In this document: piece by piece, positions 24,374 to 36,326 of the stretch
Layout of the letters: the number at the start of each line of letters is the position of its first letter
Position numbering within the stretch: position 1 is the first letter of the stretch
From: Mytilus trossulus
Lineage: Eukaryota
Reading direction: 5' to 3'
Length of the DNA: 64,000 nucleotides
NCBI RefSeq assembly: GCF_036588685.1
Contig: NC_086384.1
Coordinates: forward strand, 33,542,001-33,606,000
The notes under the pieces: generated by a model
Databases searched by the model: none
The model's input: the letters and a program-made list of their open reading frames with translations, nothing else
What the model was told of the DNA's origin: nothing
Program-made: the position numbers and the translations under genes

Positions 24374-26567
24374 ACTATATGACCATTTCTATATTTGGCT
24401 AAGCAAAATATGCTAGTAATTATAAGTGAAATTAAAGAGTTAGTGCTCTTTTTTACTTAAACTTTCGGAATTCTTACACTGATATTAAAAGATATTCACA
24501 ATACTTATACTTCAAAAAATAAAGTTTGACCTCATGTTGTGTTGGTTTCTTTTGCCATTCTTTTAATACAATGTCAAAAATCATTATCTCTGCTAAAAAC
24601 TGCAGACAAAGTCTTGGATATACAAAGAGTTAACAACTATACCAGCAAATAAATAATATGTTGTAAGGATAAAAAACCCAATTACAAACACATACTTCGA
24701 TCACCATGATCACTGCCCAGATTATCAACTCCAGAAGTTATATACATTGTATATGAATCAAGATATACTTATGTCGTGTCCCTAAGTCTTCCAATCTACG
24801 AGTGTCTAGAAATATTGCTCTGGTCCGAATAAAGAGGTCCGCAATTACTATGATTGCAAAGAATGACAGCTTTGTTTATATGTTCTGTTCAATTATAGCA
24901 AATATAGAGTAACCCCTGCTCTGTTTCAAATATATAGCGTCTATCAACAACATGGAAAGCCTTAAAAAAAACTTTTCGCATCTGAAGAGTAATCGGAGAA
25001 ATAGACCACTTTGGATTTCGTTGTATTATCGTCAAATGCTTTGGTTTTAGTAAACATCCTTCATGCACTTGTTTGCATCATCACTTCCTTTACATTATGA
25101 GCAAGCGAATGACAAACATATGTTGCTATGTTACAGAAATTTATTGGCAAATACAATTCTTATGATTGATAATCCGCACTGCTGTCATTTGGTCAGTGAC
25201 GGAACAAACATTATGTCTATGTTATCCTGCATAATGACGATCTCAAAGACGCTTGGTGAACTTTATTAGTGTAAGAATATAGACGAGCTCTTGTATCTGG
25301 TAATTGACGTCATAAGGCGCGCATAATTGACCTTTTCGGTAAGCGACATAATAAAAAAAGACTTACGTGTATATTGCGAAAGTGTACCTAAGAAAGATCT
25401 TTAATGATAGTAAACATCAATTAGATAGCATAACAATGAATGGCCATTCCACAAATATATACATATTTGAAATAAACATTTACCTTTTCATTTAGTACTA
25501 ATCAACTCATCTTGGTCGGAGTTGAATTGAATTGGTGAACTAGCCTATTATAATAGCTTGCTCTGTACTATGACTTTTCTCATTGTTGACAAATATGTGA
25601 CGTGATTTCAATTCTATTGTGTTACAAAATAAAAATGATACATATTTAAAACGTTTCATTTAATTTGGCTTTAACTGATTAAACACGTTTCCGACGATTG
25701 TTATGATAAGGAAATTGAAAACCAGTACACGCACATAAATGGTCAAGGTCACAGTAATTTTGAAAAGTTGACGGCAAATCAGAGGGAAGTCATTAATTAA
25801 TCCAGTTAATTTATTAATTTTCTGAATATGTTAAAAACATGTGATTTTAAGTATTTGAAATATTTTTTGTGTTAAACTTGAAAAATCATTTATAAATATT
25901 ATGTCGAATTGAAAATATGCCAGGCATCATCATCGCCAGATCAATATAACAATCATTTTAATCAATAATTCAAAATTTTCGAATCCGAAGAAAATACTTC
26001 TCTTGCTTATAAAAATCACATAGAAAACAATCTCGATGAAGTGTAGATTTTTTATTGCATATAACAGTGTGTGCGTGGAGGGGGGGGGGGGGGGGGGGGT
26101 GGCATGTGCTTATTTCTCTAGCTTGAAGAAGTTGAAAACCTAGGTTTTCTTAAATGCATTAGACCCCAGTTTCATTAACCTCCACACTTTTACGTTGCAA
26201 TGTATCCTTATTGAACATTTTAACTGTCTTCATACATGTAGGCATCGAATAAATCAGGCAAGCCCCTGCAGTAGATATCATGTGCTTAATTATGCAATTT
26301 GCTTGTTATTAATTGCAAATACTTTAAAATTGACCTAGCTGATTGATAACATTAGTATTCTTTCCATTACCTTTTTTCATTATCAACGTTGAAAAAGCAA
26401 CGGGTTACATATTGGGTCGTCATTCTCCTCTCTTGCTACTATTTCATATTCACCTAATGTCAAGCACCTATTTATATTATATTTAATCCTGTCAACATGT
26501 TTAATAAAGAAAAATTGAAACTGAGACCTTTGTTGTCGAGAGTTCTACGTAGAATTCACAGTATTAA

Positions 26568-26860
26568 AACGCCTCCGTGGTCTCGCGGTTGCGTCTTTTG
26601 GTCGAATGCAAGAGATCAAGGGTTCACACCTGGCCGGGTAGAAACACAGACTCTTGATTACCTGCATCTCCGCTAAGAACGCAGTATTGAAGAGGAACAA
26701 AGACATGTGATGATATGTGTTCCTGTTGGCACTTATATAACACATTAAAGATCCGTCTCAGCGTATCTGAATTGTTCAAAGCAGGGATGAATTATCATAC
26801 TGCAACAACATGGTACTGTCCTGCATGTGCATATTTAATGTTTGTTTGACGTTGCGCAAA
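26568..26860 (+). mobile_element. Degenerate tRNA-derived SINE (V-domain type)
   Basis: A-box-like cgtggtctcgcgg, B-box-like gggttcacacc, and central ctccgctaagaacgcagtatt...aaagac resembling the V-SINE core. Confidence 0.55.
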
Positions 26861-27000
26861 AAATAAAAAAGGGAAGTCCATATAAATAGGCAAAACCAAT
26901 CGGACGTTTATCAACTTACAGAAATAACTAAAGGACTACAAGTGTCATATTCTTGACTTGGTACAGAATTACACCAATCGTAAACCTAGGTAAACCTTAA

Positions 27001-27391
27001 GGATGTCTGCTGCTCTAATTTAAAATAACAAGGATTTCATGTGGTTGCTTAAAATGAAAACAACTTTGATATTTAAACAAAATAAAGTTATAAAATCATT
27101 AGTCTCGTGTGTAGTTTTCAAAATACGAGACATTTAGAAAATGGCGGGAAAAGGGTTTTCTTCAGACTTTACCATTTGTTAAAATTGGAATTGTTTTTTA
27201 CCCTTTAAACCAAGAAAAAATAACAAGGATTTCATGCCGCCGGATCACTAAAGCTGAAATGATCTATTGAACAGATTTATGAAGACAAAAGTGGGGTGTC
27301 GTGTAAAATTTTTTTTAATACATTTGGATGGATAAAACCTGAGAAAATCGAAAATATGACAAGAATTCAAAAACATGACCAGCAGACATCC
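27001..27391. mobile_element. Non-autonomous DNA transposon with TTAA TSD (Kolobok-like)
   Basis: TTAA|GGATGTCTGCTG...CAGCAGACATCC|TTAA. A homologous inverted copy is at 40962-41347. Confidence 0.8.
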
Positions 27392-28517
27392 TTAAACATT
27401 CATAACAATTGTTTATTATTCTGTTTTAGTGAAACTTTTTAGAAACAACCAACAGCGACATTATTGGTTTAAGTGCCAATTTGGATCAGCAACAAAAAAT
27501 ATGTAAACGTAGATTACAGTCACCAAACGCAACTGAGTTAACAAACTACAAATACAAACAAAGATACTAACTAAATCGTTTGTAGTTAATAGTAAATCTG
27601 ACAAAAACGCCAACAAAATGTTTGGGTAGATGGAAATACATAATGCCGTACTAGTGTACTGATAAGTTACAAAGTACGTAAAATGGAAAAACAAATAAAA
27701 ACAACACAGTATAAAATATATTGTGTCAGCATCGCAATTATTGACCTGAGACTAAACGTTAAAGCCATACCAGATAGTTGCGGGCATAAATATCGATTTA
27801 TTAAAAGTCTCACGCGACTGAAAGAATAATCAGACACATATACTGAAACTGCAAAGAATATCATCAAATTATTCATTTGTTAAACATTCTGAATCTCTAG
27901 ATTCAGGCCATCTTGTATGATGTATGAGGTTGAGCATGAATATTTTTCTATCAGAATGTTCAGGATTGCACATGAAAAATTTCCGCTACCGCTCCCTGTG
28001 TATAAATTCCAAATATATGGTGTGAAAATGTTATTTTAGAGGTTTCTTACGGTCGAACAAAAATTGACTTGATTTAACTTGCCGTATCGGGAAAGGAGAG
28101 ATATATTCATTCAATAATTTTGGACTATCGGCTTTGATTTTTTTCCCTTTGAAATGTCTTTTACATCAAATATATATGCTTTCTGGATTTTGAAAAAAAC
28201 CAAACATTTTGGGTGGTAGACATATTATATTGACTTGATATATATAATAAATGATATACAATTTACGGTTTAATCAAAACATTTGAAAATCTAATTGATC
28301 AATGAATTAAGGCGAGGAATATAAAATATTTAGACCAAGGACAGCCACCGTACAAGAGATTTTGATAAACAACATCATTTCGATTTTTTTTAGTACATAT
28401 AAGAAGAAGGGTAAATATAGAACTTAGGAATGGAAAGAGTAATTTCTAATCGTATCAAGGATCAGATCAAGACGGTCTTTTGCAAATATGAATTAAAACT
28501 AATTTGAAAAAAAAAAC

Positions 28518-28705
28518 ACCGTTGGTTTTCCCGTTTGAATGGTTTTACACTAGTAATTTTGGGGCCCTTTATAGCTTGTTGTTCGGTGTGAGCCAAGGCT
28601 CCTTGTTGAAGGCCGTACTTTTACCTATAATGGTTTAATTTTTAAATTGTTATTTGGATGGAGAGTTGTCTCATTGGCACTCACACCACATCTTCCTATA
28701 TCTAT
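28518..28705 (+). mobile_element. Interspersed repeat, family B (probable Penelope-like 3' end); related copies at ~2240-2350, 33060-34108, 39060-39498, 41410-41490, 46345-46428, 52269-52446
   Basis: cccgtttgaatggttttacactagtaattttggggccc...ggagagttgtctcattggcactcacaccacatcttcctatatctat, nearly identical to 52269-52446. Confidence 0.8.
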
Positions 28706-29919
28706 TCGATTCCGAAGTAACTTCGTCGCCCCAACGCTAAAATATAAATGATCACTCTTTCACTTTGAATGTTTATAACTGATTCATATTCTAGCTTAAC
28801 TGGTAAAATCAATAATATTACTGAAGGTAAATATTGAAATAAATATTTGAAAAAAAATCCAAAACAGTCTACACTTTAAAAGGTGTTCTGTAATGTATTT
28901 ATGTTTTTTTTTGTGTTTTTTTTTCATGGCAGTTCTTGTTCTCTTCTTTGTGTGTCTTTTGTAATCGTATTAATTTTCTCATATATATAAGTATTTTGGG
29001 TTGGGTTTTTTCGTGGAGTTTGTAATTGATGCTGTAAATGTTTTTTTCGTTTTTTCTCCTTTTTTCTAATTACTTTGGAAATGGTATTTAAAGAAAGTAT
29101 GTACCTATCAGTTTTGATAGTGCTGTAGCACTCATACTTTCAACAAGAATATACAAAACTCTTCAACTTTTCGAGTACACCTTTATATTTCTGTAATTTA
29201 TTCCAAAAAATTATTAAATAGCAAGTCAGACTAATTCGACCTAGCGAACATTGAGCTTTTCCTCTTGGGTGTTTATTATAGGAGACAGAATTAACCCAAA
29301 ACTCGCCTTCTCTCGATCCGTTTATAAAGATATATGTGGAAATGAACAATACTAAACTTATGTCATCTCATTCACTTTTCAATCCTTTAACAAACGATAA
29401 TCTCGTCGTGAAAAGCATGGAATACTTGTCATAGAACGTTAACCACCGAATAATCAATCAAATGAAATGCAAACCAGACGCGCCGATTGTTTTAACAACA
29501 TTATAAACTGTCAATATTCTTTTGAAATGGAAAAGGGAGATAAAACGAACCTATTTTTTCGACATGTAAACAAACGAAACTCAACGTAAGAATACGTAAC
29601 ATTCAACAACAGAAAATAAATTGGAACAATGATGTTTTACCACAAAAGTAAAATGCAAGATTGAAAAAAGATTATGCTATAGATTGTTGTCTTTAAGCAC
29701 ACTGCAATATCGGTAGACATTTATCATAGCTTGTGTTATAACAAAACTACTGCTCCTTAACGATACGTTCGTAGAGTTTCGTTCGTTTGTAAAATGTTGA
29801 GAATCCTCTACTGAGTGGAATATTCCGTAGGAAAAGACTCGATTGTGACATATAAAAAAGGAATATTAGGGTAAGCACAATATCCTGGTTCTCTGGTATG
29901 TTTTTATTTATTGTTTTAG

Positions 29920-30945
29920 ATAGGGTAGAAAAGCCGTGTTTGCCTTAAGGAGAAATGTAAAGGATATATATTTGAATTTTGTAACTTTACTTTCACTTTT
30001 TGATACTTATATAAACAGTGTACTTTGTTATGGTTGTAAATTTTGGGGTGCTCGCAAGGCACCAGCTATAGAAAGGATACATCTGGGCTATTGTAAAATT
30101 ATTATGAAAGTAAAAAGCTCTACTAGTAATGTCATGGTGTACTATGAGCTAGGTAGATTACCATTATTGCACACCAGAAAATGTCGAATTTTTAAATACT
30201 GGTTAAAGCTGTTATGTACTACAAACTGTATTTTGAAAAACTGTTACTGTTTTTATATGACGATTTACAAAAATGTCCAAATAATAAGACAAATTGGTTG
30301 TATTTTATTAAAAATGAGTTGCTCAGTATAAGTTTAGGTGATATTTGGTATAATCAAGGTTTATGTTTAGATAGTAAGCTCTCCAATAGATTTTACTTGA
30401 TAATTAAACAACGCCTGTTTCATTGTATGAAGCAAGATTTTGACAGTCAAATGAATAATTTAGTTAAATGTACAAGTTATAGATATATGGTTCATAATTT
30501 TTGTTTACAAAATTATGTATGTAAACCAATACCTTTTATTTATAAGACATGTATTACCAAAATAAGACTTAGTTGTCATGATTTAGCTATAGAATGTGGT
30601 CGATATTCTGCAATTCCAAGAAGTAATAGACTATGTAGTTTTTGTAAAGACGACATTGAAGATGAAATACATTTTATTTTGAAATGTCCTACTTATCAAA
30701 GTCTTAGATCTTATTTTATAAAACCATATTATTGGAAAAAACCTTCTATGTATAAATATATACAATTAATGAGTTCTAATAATCTTAAAGGATTATGTAA
30801 TTTGGGTAAATTTATATTTCGTGCACAAAAATTAAGATCTAACATGATGTAATATGTTAAACACATTACCTTCTGCTATCTATGTATACTTGTGTAGTTT
30901 ATATGTTGTATGCCTATAGTTGTTATAACTTTGGTTAATAAAGAT
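29920..30945 (+). mobile_element. 5'-truncated non-LTR retrotransposon (LINE) ORF2 C-terminus, frameshifted
   Basis: Two overlapping frames give SVLCYGCKFWG...VYYELGRLPL...YWLKL and RLSCHDLAIECGRY...RLCSFC...IEDEIHFILKCPTY (C-terminal Cys/His motif). AATAAA at ~30937. Confidence 0.85.
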
Positions 30946-33274
30946 ATAGTCAGCTAGACCAAACCTCACTGGTATTAAAGAGATAATCGAAACTGCAATT
31001 ACGATTATCCCAATATGGCGACGGCAGATATAGGTAAAATCTTTACAGTCATTTTCTCAAATGTAGCATGTTTTTGTCACTAGTTACTCAGCTGCAGGGT
31101 TTTTCTATACCATTACATCATATTTAAATCGTAACGGTGCACTGGAATTGTCTAAGCGATTTGAAAATTGCCGTTGAAGAATTCGGGATGATAATCGTAA
31201 CTCGGAAAAAAGATAATCGTAATTATGGTATTAAAAAATGAGAATATAATCGTAACTGGATAGTGTTTTATTGATATTGACACTAAACACGTATATCTGA
31301 TAACACATGATGAAATTATGGTGACGAATAAATCACGTTTCAACATCTTATGACATATCTTTTTATGCATATATTAATAATGGTTCTAATGAAAACAGCT
31401 ACATACTATTATATCATAAAATTGGAAGGGTGAACAACTTCAAGAAATTTGGATATGGGAAGAACACGAACTATGTTAAAATACAGAAAACTGCCAAGAA
31501 CTAGGAACGTCACAAAATATGGGAATGAGCGAAGACTTACAGTCATTACAACCCCAAAAAGGCCTGCCATCGCCTGTTTTTTTTTTACACCTCCACAAAT
31601 GACAGAGCAAAGCGCAGTAGGATCGACTTCGATGAAGGGTTTGACATCAACGACCCAGACCTACTGTGCACACCACTTCACACATCGCCCGTCATCCTCG
31701 CAGATTCCAAAGAGGCAATACAAACAGCCATGCTAGCAGCACGACCTGATACTCTGTACCAATAACACCAACGCAGTCGGAGTAAAATGAAGGCCAATAG
31801 ACAAACAGACACCGGTCTGTACAATAGAATTTTCCAGTCTGCAATATTCAGACAGAATAGTCGGACGTCAAACATCAACATATCAGCATCAGATATAATG
31901 TGAGCGTTCCTTCTTTCTGATTTCCCAGTCTGGCCATGGCAGTTATAACTACCAGAAGGTTAACCTTCTGCAAAACAGCCAGCAATATGCAAAAAAATAC
32001 ATATGAACATAGTTTCGCTTAATTATATCATTCTAAAAAAATAAAATGTATACAAACAAAGAAACCAAGCACTAGAAATTGAAAGCAGATAAATCTATGC
32101 AACTTAAAATCTACATGACTTTATCAGATGGCAATGCAAATACTAATAATCCAGGCTTAAAAATAAAGCATTGGTATATTAATTCGGTCACGGATCCTCG
32201 ATGTCGTAGCTGTTGTTAAATACTTTTTCTATCATCCCTAATTATATACTAGTAATCGGCAGTTATAAATAAATGCAACACAAGTATACCATTGTTGAAA
32301 ATATCCTACATCGATTATGCAAGAAAACAAAACCGGGTTACAAACCAATACAGAGGAAACACATATTGCTATAAAAGCTATATAAAGGAGCACGAGAACT
32401 ACTAAAATGCTTCAGACACAGACGGCAACATATTTTATAACAACTCCCATTTTCCTGACTTGTTATCAGTCATTTTTAGAAATAACCGGTAGGGGAACAT
32501 GGTGGTTTGGCTAGCCAAATGTCCTGCTAATATGACAATGTTAAAAAATACCGCTAAAATGACAACATTACGTGCCTGGAATATAGTAACAAAAAACAAA
32601 AACACTTTAGACACAGAAATATATAAACCAATATTATAAGAGTACATGACAACAAAAAGCCATGTAAAACGCAGAATAACGATGGACTACTCCTATGAAT
32701 TTACGACATAATGTCAGGACACCACAAAGAATTATAACTCCAAATCACAGGAATCAGCCATTCAAGTTCGTTAAAACTCATCCAGATAGATACCAACGCC
32801 CAAGTAATTATAATGTGTATATATAGAATTTGTCAACCACTTTGACTCACTATACAGCCCTTGCATGGTCTGTCAAGAATGTGACTTGTATTTGCTGACA
32901 TTAATATTAACAGGCTAATCTTCAGAAACATAGAATAGATTTGTTTTATTATTGACTCAAACAAGAATAGAAATTCCGCTTGAAATTGTCAAAGTCTTAT
33001 TTCATTGAGTTTCCAACCATGACAACATCAAAATGATGTGTGATTGAGTAAAATCTTCCAATTGATTTGTTATGGTGTGTTTTTCTACGTTGTGATGTTG
33101 TTGCAGAAAAAGGAGAAGGTTTGTTTCCATTAAAACGTTTAATCCCGCTGCAAATGTTTGAACCTGTCCTAAGTCATAAATCTGATTACAGTATGTTGTT
33201 TATACTTGTTTCTCGTTTCTCGTTTTTCATATAAATTAGACCGTTGGTTTTCCCGTTTGAATGGTTTTCCATTA

Positions 33275-33960
33275 GTTAAATTAAAAAAGGAAATAGGGAA
33301 TGTGTTAAAGCGACAAAAATCCGACCATAGAGGAGATAACAGCCGAAGGCCACCAATGGGTCTTCAATGTGGCGAAAATCTCCCGTACCCGGACGCGTCC
33401 TTTGGCTGACCCCTAAACAAATATATATATACTAGTTCAGTGATAATGGACGTCATACTAAACTCCGAATTATACACAAGAAACTAAAATTCAAAATCAT
33501 ACAAGACTAGCAAAGGCCATAGGCTCCTGACTTGGGACAGGCGCAACACTGCGGCCTCTAGCCAATGTAGAAAAACAAACACACTGATACGCCGAGTAAA
33601 ACTCGGTTAAAGAGAAAACAGAATATGAAACAAAAGAAAACAAATTTACAAAATGACAATAATACATAAATACATACATAACAACAGACAACTAGCAGTT
33701 ACTGATATGCCAGCTCCAGACCTTAATTAAACTGATTGAAAGATGATGTTTTCATCATATTTATATCAGGCACAATCCCTCCTGTTAGCTATAGGGATTT
33801 AGTATTATACCATTATGATATATATGAGAAGAACTGATTACACCGCCTTCAAGAACATAAACCATGTCATGCCAACAACTGGTTTTAGAATAAATGTGTT
33901 TTATTCCGATGCAAAGACCCTATAAGTGAATCAATATTAAAGCCAACTTGCAATCTTTAA
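33275..33960 (-). mobile_element. Interspersed repeat, family C, nested inside a family B copy; related ends at ~5153, 38228, 45958
   Basis: Begins with a variant of aattgagaatggaaatggggaatgtgtcaaagagacaacaacccgacc. The family B sequence breaks at ~33275 and resumes at 33961. Confidence 0.7.
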
Positions 33961-34791
33961 TTTTGGCCCTTTATAGCTTGTAGTTCGGTGTGAACTAAGG
34001 TTCCGTTTTGAAGGCCATATCTTGACCTATGATGGTTTAATTTTATTAATTGTTAATTGAATGGAAAGTTGTCTCATTGGAACTCGTTCCACATCTTTCT
34101 ATATCTATTTGAAGTAGTGAAAAGTACAATCACAAAAAATACTGAACTCCGAGGGAAATTCAAAACGGAAAGTCCATAATCAAATGACAAAATCAAATAA
34201 TAATACACATCAAACGAATGGACAACAACTGTCATATTCCTGACTTAGTACAAGCATTTTCAAATGTACAAAAGAATGGAATTACCTGTTTTTATTGCGC
34301 TAAACCTCTCACTGGAGTTTTGTAATTTTATGAATTGTATTAATTAACCATGTCGGTTGTTCTTCTAAATTAAAACTGTGAATCAAAAAGAAATCCTGTG
34401 TATATATTATATAATGTTGCTTTAAACTTAAAATCATATCAATGAATAGTTAATTTATTATCTTAAAATATTTTACAAATACATTGAATACAATAAATAA
34501 AAATAGAATATCTGTAATATAATATCATGTAAGACAAAAAAAATGTAAACGATAAATCGGATTTTTAATTAGCTACAGTAAAGGTCAACTTATACAGCAG
34601 GACACTTGACCTTTCTGACGTTATTTTTATTACTGTTCGAAAAATTAATGTTTGCTGAATAATATACTTGTTGGGATTACTTTTATTCGAACACATTTTT
34701 AGTACCACATGTACACAGGCATCTAATTTTGAAATCAGATTATTTATTAAGAAAAATATCATACCCCCATTTTGAAGTTACTTTAAGAAAA

Positions 34792-35865
34792 CTAAAATGG
34801 AAGCCATAGAATATCTTGTGGCCACCTGTCAGAATGTATAGAACTAAGATCGCTTTCGGATGTGGAAAAGAATTTATAGGGTTTGAATTTCCATTCAGCC
34901 ATTAAGGTTTTTATCATTTCCGACGACTGCCGCTTTACATGCCACGCCCACTCCATAATTATACCTTGCACTTCTAATCTTTTAAAAAATTCTTTAGCAC
35001 CCATAAGAACCCTATGTTCGTGACCTTCAACATCAATTTTTATAAATATTTTTTTAAACTTATGAATCTGTGGAATGAGAAAAAGGTCGTCTAACGTGGC
35101 TGAATTTTCTTCTTCTGTTTTAAGACTAAAATATGTGTTGTATTGCTTTTTCATTTTCTCCCAAATTCCATCCGAATCAACATGTATTGAACCGTAATCC
35201 GACTTGCTGGCACTGTATCGGAACTTTCGTTTTCCATTCGAGTCGGACAAAATGTTATGAATCAATGTTATTCGCGAACCAAGATTAAGATAATTGGCAG
35301 ATGCGCATACGTGTTCGATATTTGATTTCGCCGCATCCATGGCGATCACGTCCCTACCAATCAGTGCTGCTGCTATACAATGCTGTCCAACATTTGTTCC
35401 AATGTCAATTAAATTTATATTTGTATCTTTCTGTAGCTCATACAATACTCTGTTTATTGTTTTCACTTCAAAAGCACCCGCTCTACTGATAATAGACGAT
35501 ATTCCGTCGCTTAAAGCATGTGTAAATATTTTCACACTCCCAGCATTTGAGCTATAACGAATCAAAGGGAAGTTACTGTCATTTAAGAACGTTTTGTATG
35601 GTTTACAAAGGTTAGATAATTTCCATCTATTGTCAACAAACGTTAAATCATCTGGAATAATACTTCCTTGTAGGTCTTGTTTTCTACGTAGTTCTTCGGG
35701 TGTTGTTTTTACTGACGTATCATTTAATCGTGTATCATGTGATCCAACTAATTGCAATATCTGATATATTGTCCATAAAAGTATGCTACACAGTATTAAA
35801 CTCGTACAAATTCCTTTCAATTGTGGATTGTTGAAATTTCTCTGAATGGAATAAAAAGGAAACAT
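34792..35865 (-). CDS. FkbM-family (Methyltransf_21) SAM-dependent methyltransferase, type II membrane protein, intronless CDS, ~357 aa
   Basis: N-terminal hydrophobic anchor (GICTSLILCSILLWTIYQILQLV) and stem, SAM motif LIDIGTNVG, TLDD, FIKIDVEGHE...VLMGA and IIMEW. First ATG at 35865. Confidence 0.9.
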   Translation of the reverse strand: MFPFYSIQRNFNNPQLKGICTSLILCSILLWTIYQILQLVGSHDTRLNDTSVKTTPEELRRKQDLQGSIIPDDLTFVDNRWKLSNLCKPYKTFLNDSNFPLIRYSSNAGSVKIFTHALSDGISSIISRAGAFEVKTINRVLYELQKDTNINLIDIGTNVGQHCIAAALIGRDVIAMDAAKSNIEHVCASANYLNLGSRITLIHNILSDSNGKRKFRYSASKSDYGSIHVDSDGIWEKMKKQYNTYFSLKTEEENSATLDDLFLIPQIHKFKKIFIKIDVEGHEHRVLMGAKEFFKRLEVQGIIMEWAWHVKRQSSEMIKTLMAEWKFKPYKFFSTSESDLSSIHSDRWPQDILWLPF

Positions 35866-36061
35866 ATAGGTTTTAATCAACTAATCAGGTTCAGAATAGA
35901 ATAAAACGAAACATATAGGTTCTAATCAACTAACCATGTTCATAGTGTGGTTTGATATATAATCTAGATTCTAAGAAATTGTTAGTATGCTTGACGCCTA
36001 CAATTATATGATAAACAATTATGTTTAAAGCGTATCTATTTATTGATAAAATGAAATAGAA

Positions 36062-36326
36062 ATGATTGATTGATTGATGGTGTTTTAACCCCCCCCCCCC
36101 CTTTAAACATCTTTATAGGCTATTTTGTTTTATTTTATTTTATTGGTAGTTGAATCAAAAGTGCCACAAAACAACGAACCATCGATAGGAAAACTGACAA
36201 TTAAGTCAATTAAGATTGAAATCGAGTACACCAGCACGAGCGGGGTTCGAACTCACAACCTCAGTGTTGACTGGCTAGTGATTGCAGTAGTAGATCAACT
36301 CAGACCATTGGATCACCGACACCTCA
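36062..36326 (-). mobile_element. tRNA-derived SINE (Meta-SINE-like); fragments also at ~12050-12118, 37380-37500, 39505-39695
   Basis: The - strand has A-box ggtgatccaatggt, B-box gagttcgaacc, a conserved central domain and a (CAAT)n tail. Confidence 0.7.

Noticed and set aside
34792-35865. Bacterial contamination as the source of the FkbM ORF
   Set aside because: It is flanked by host repeats and SINEs, has matching low GC and a eukaryote-style type II anchor, and has no operon context.
36240-36326. tRNA gene
   Set aside because: A and B boxes are present, but there is no convincing cloverleaf and it continues into a SINE body and (CAAT)n tail.
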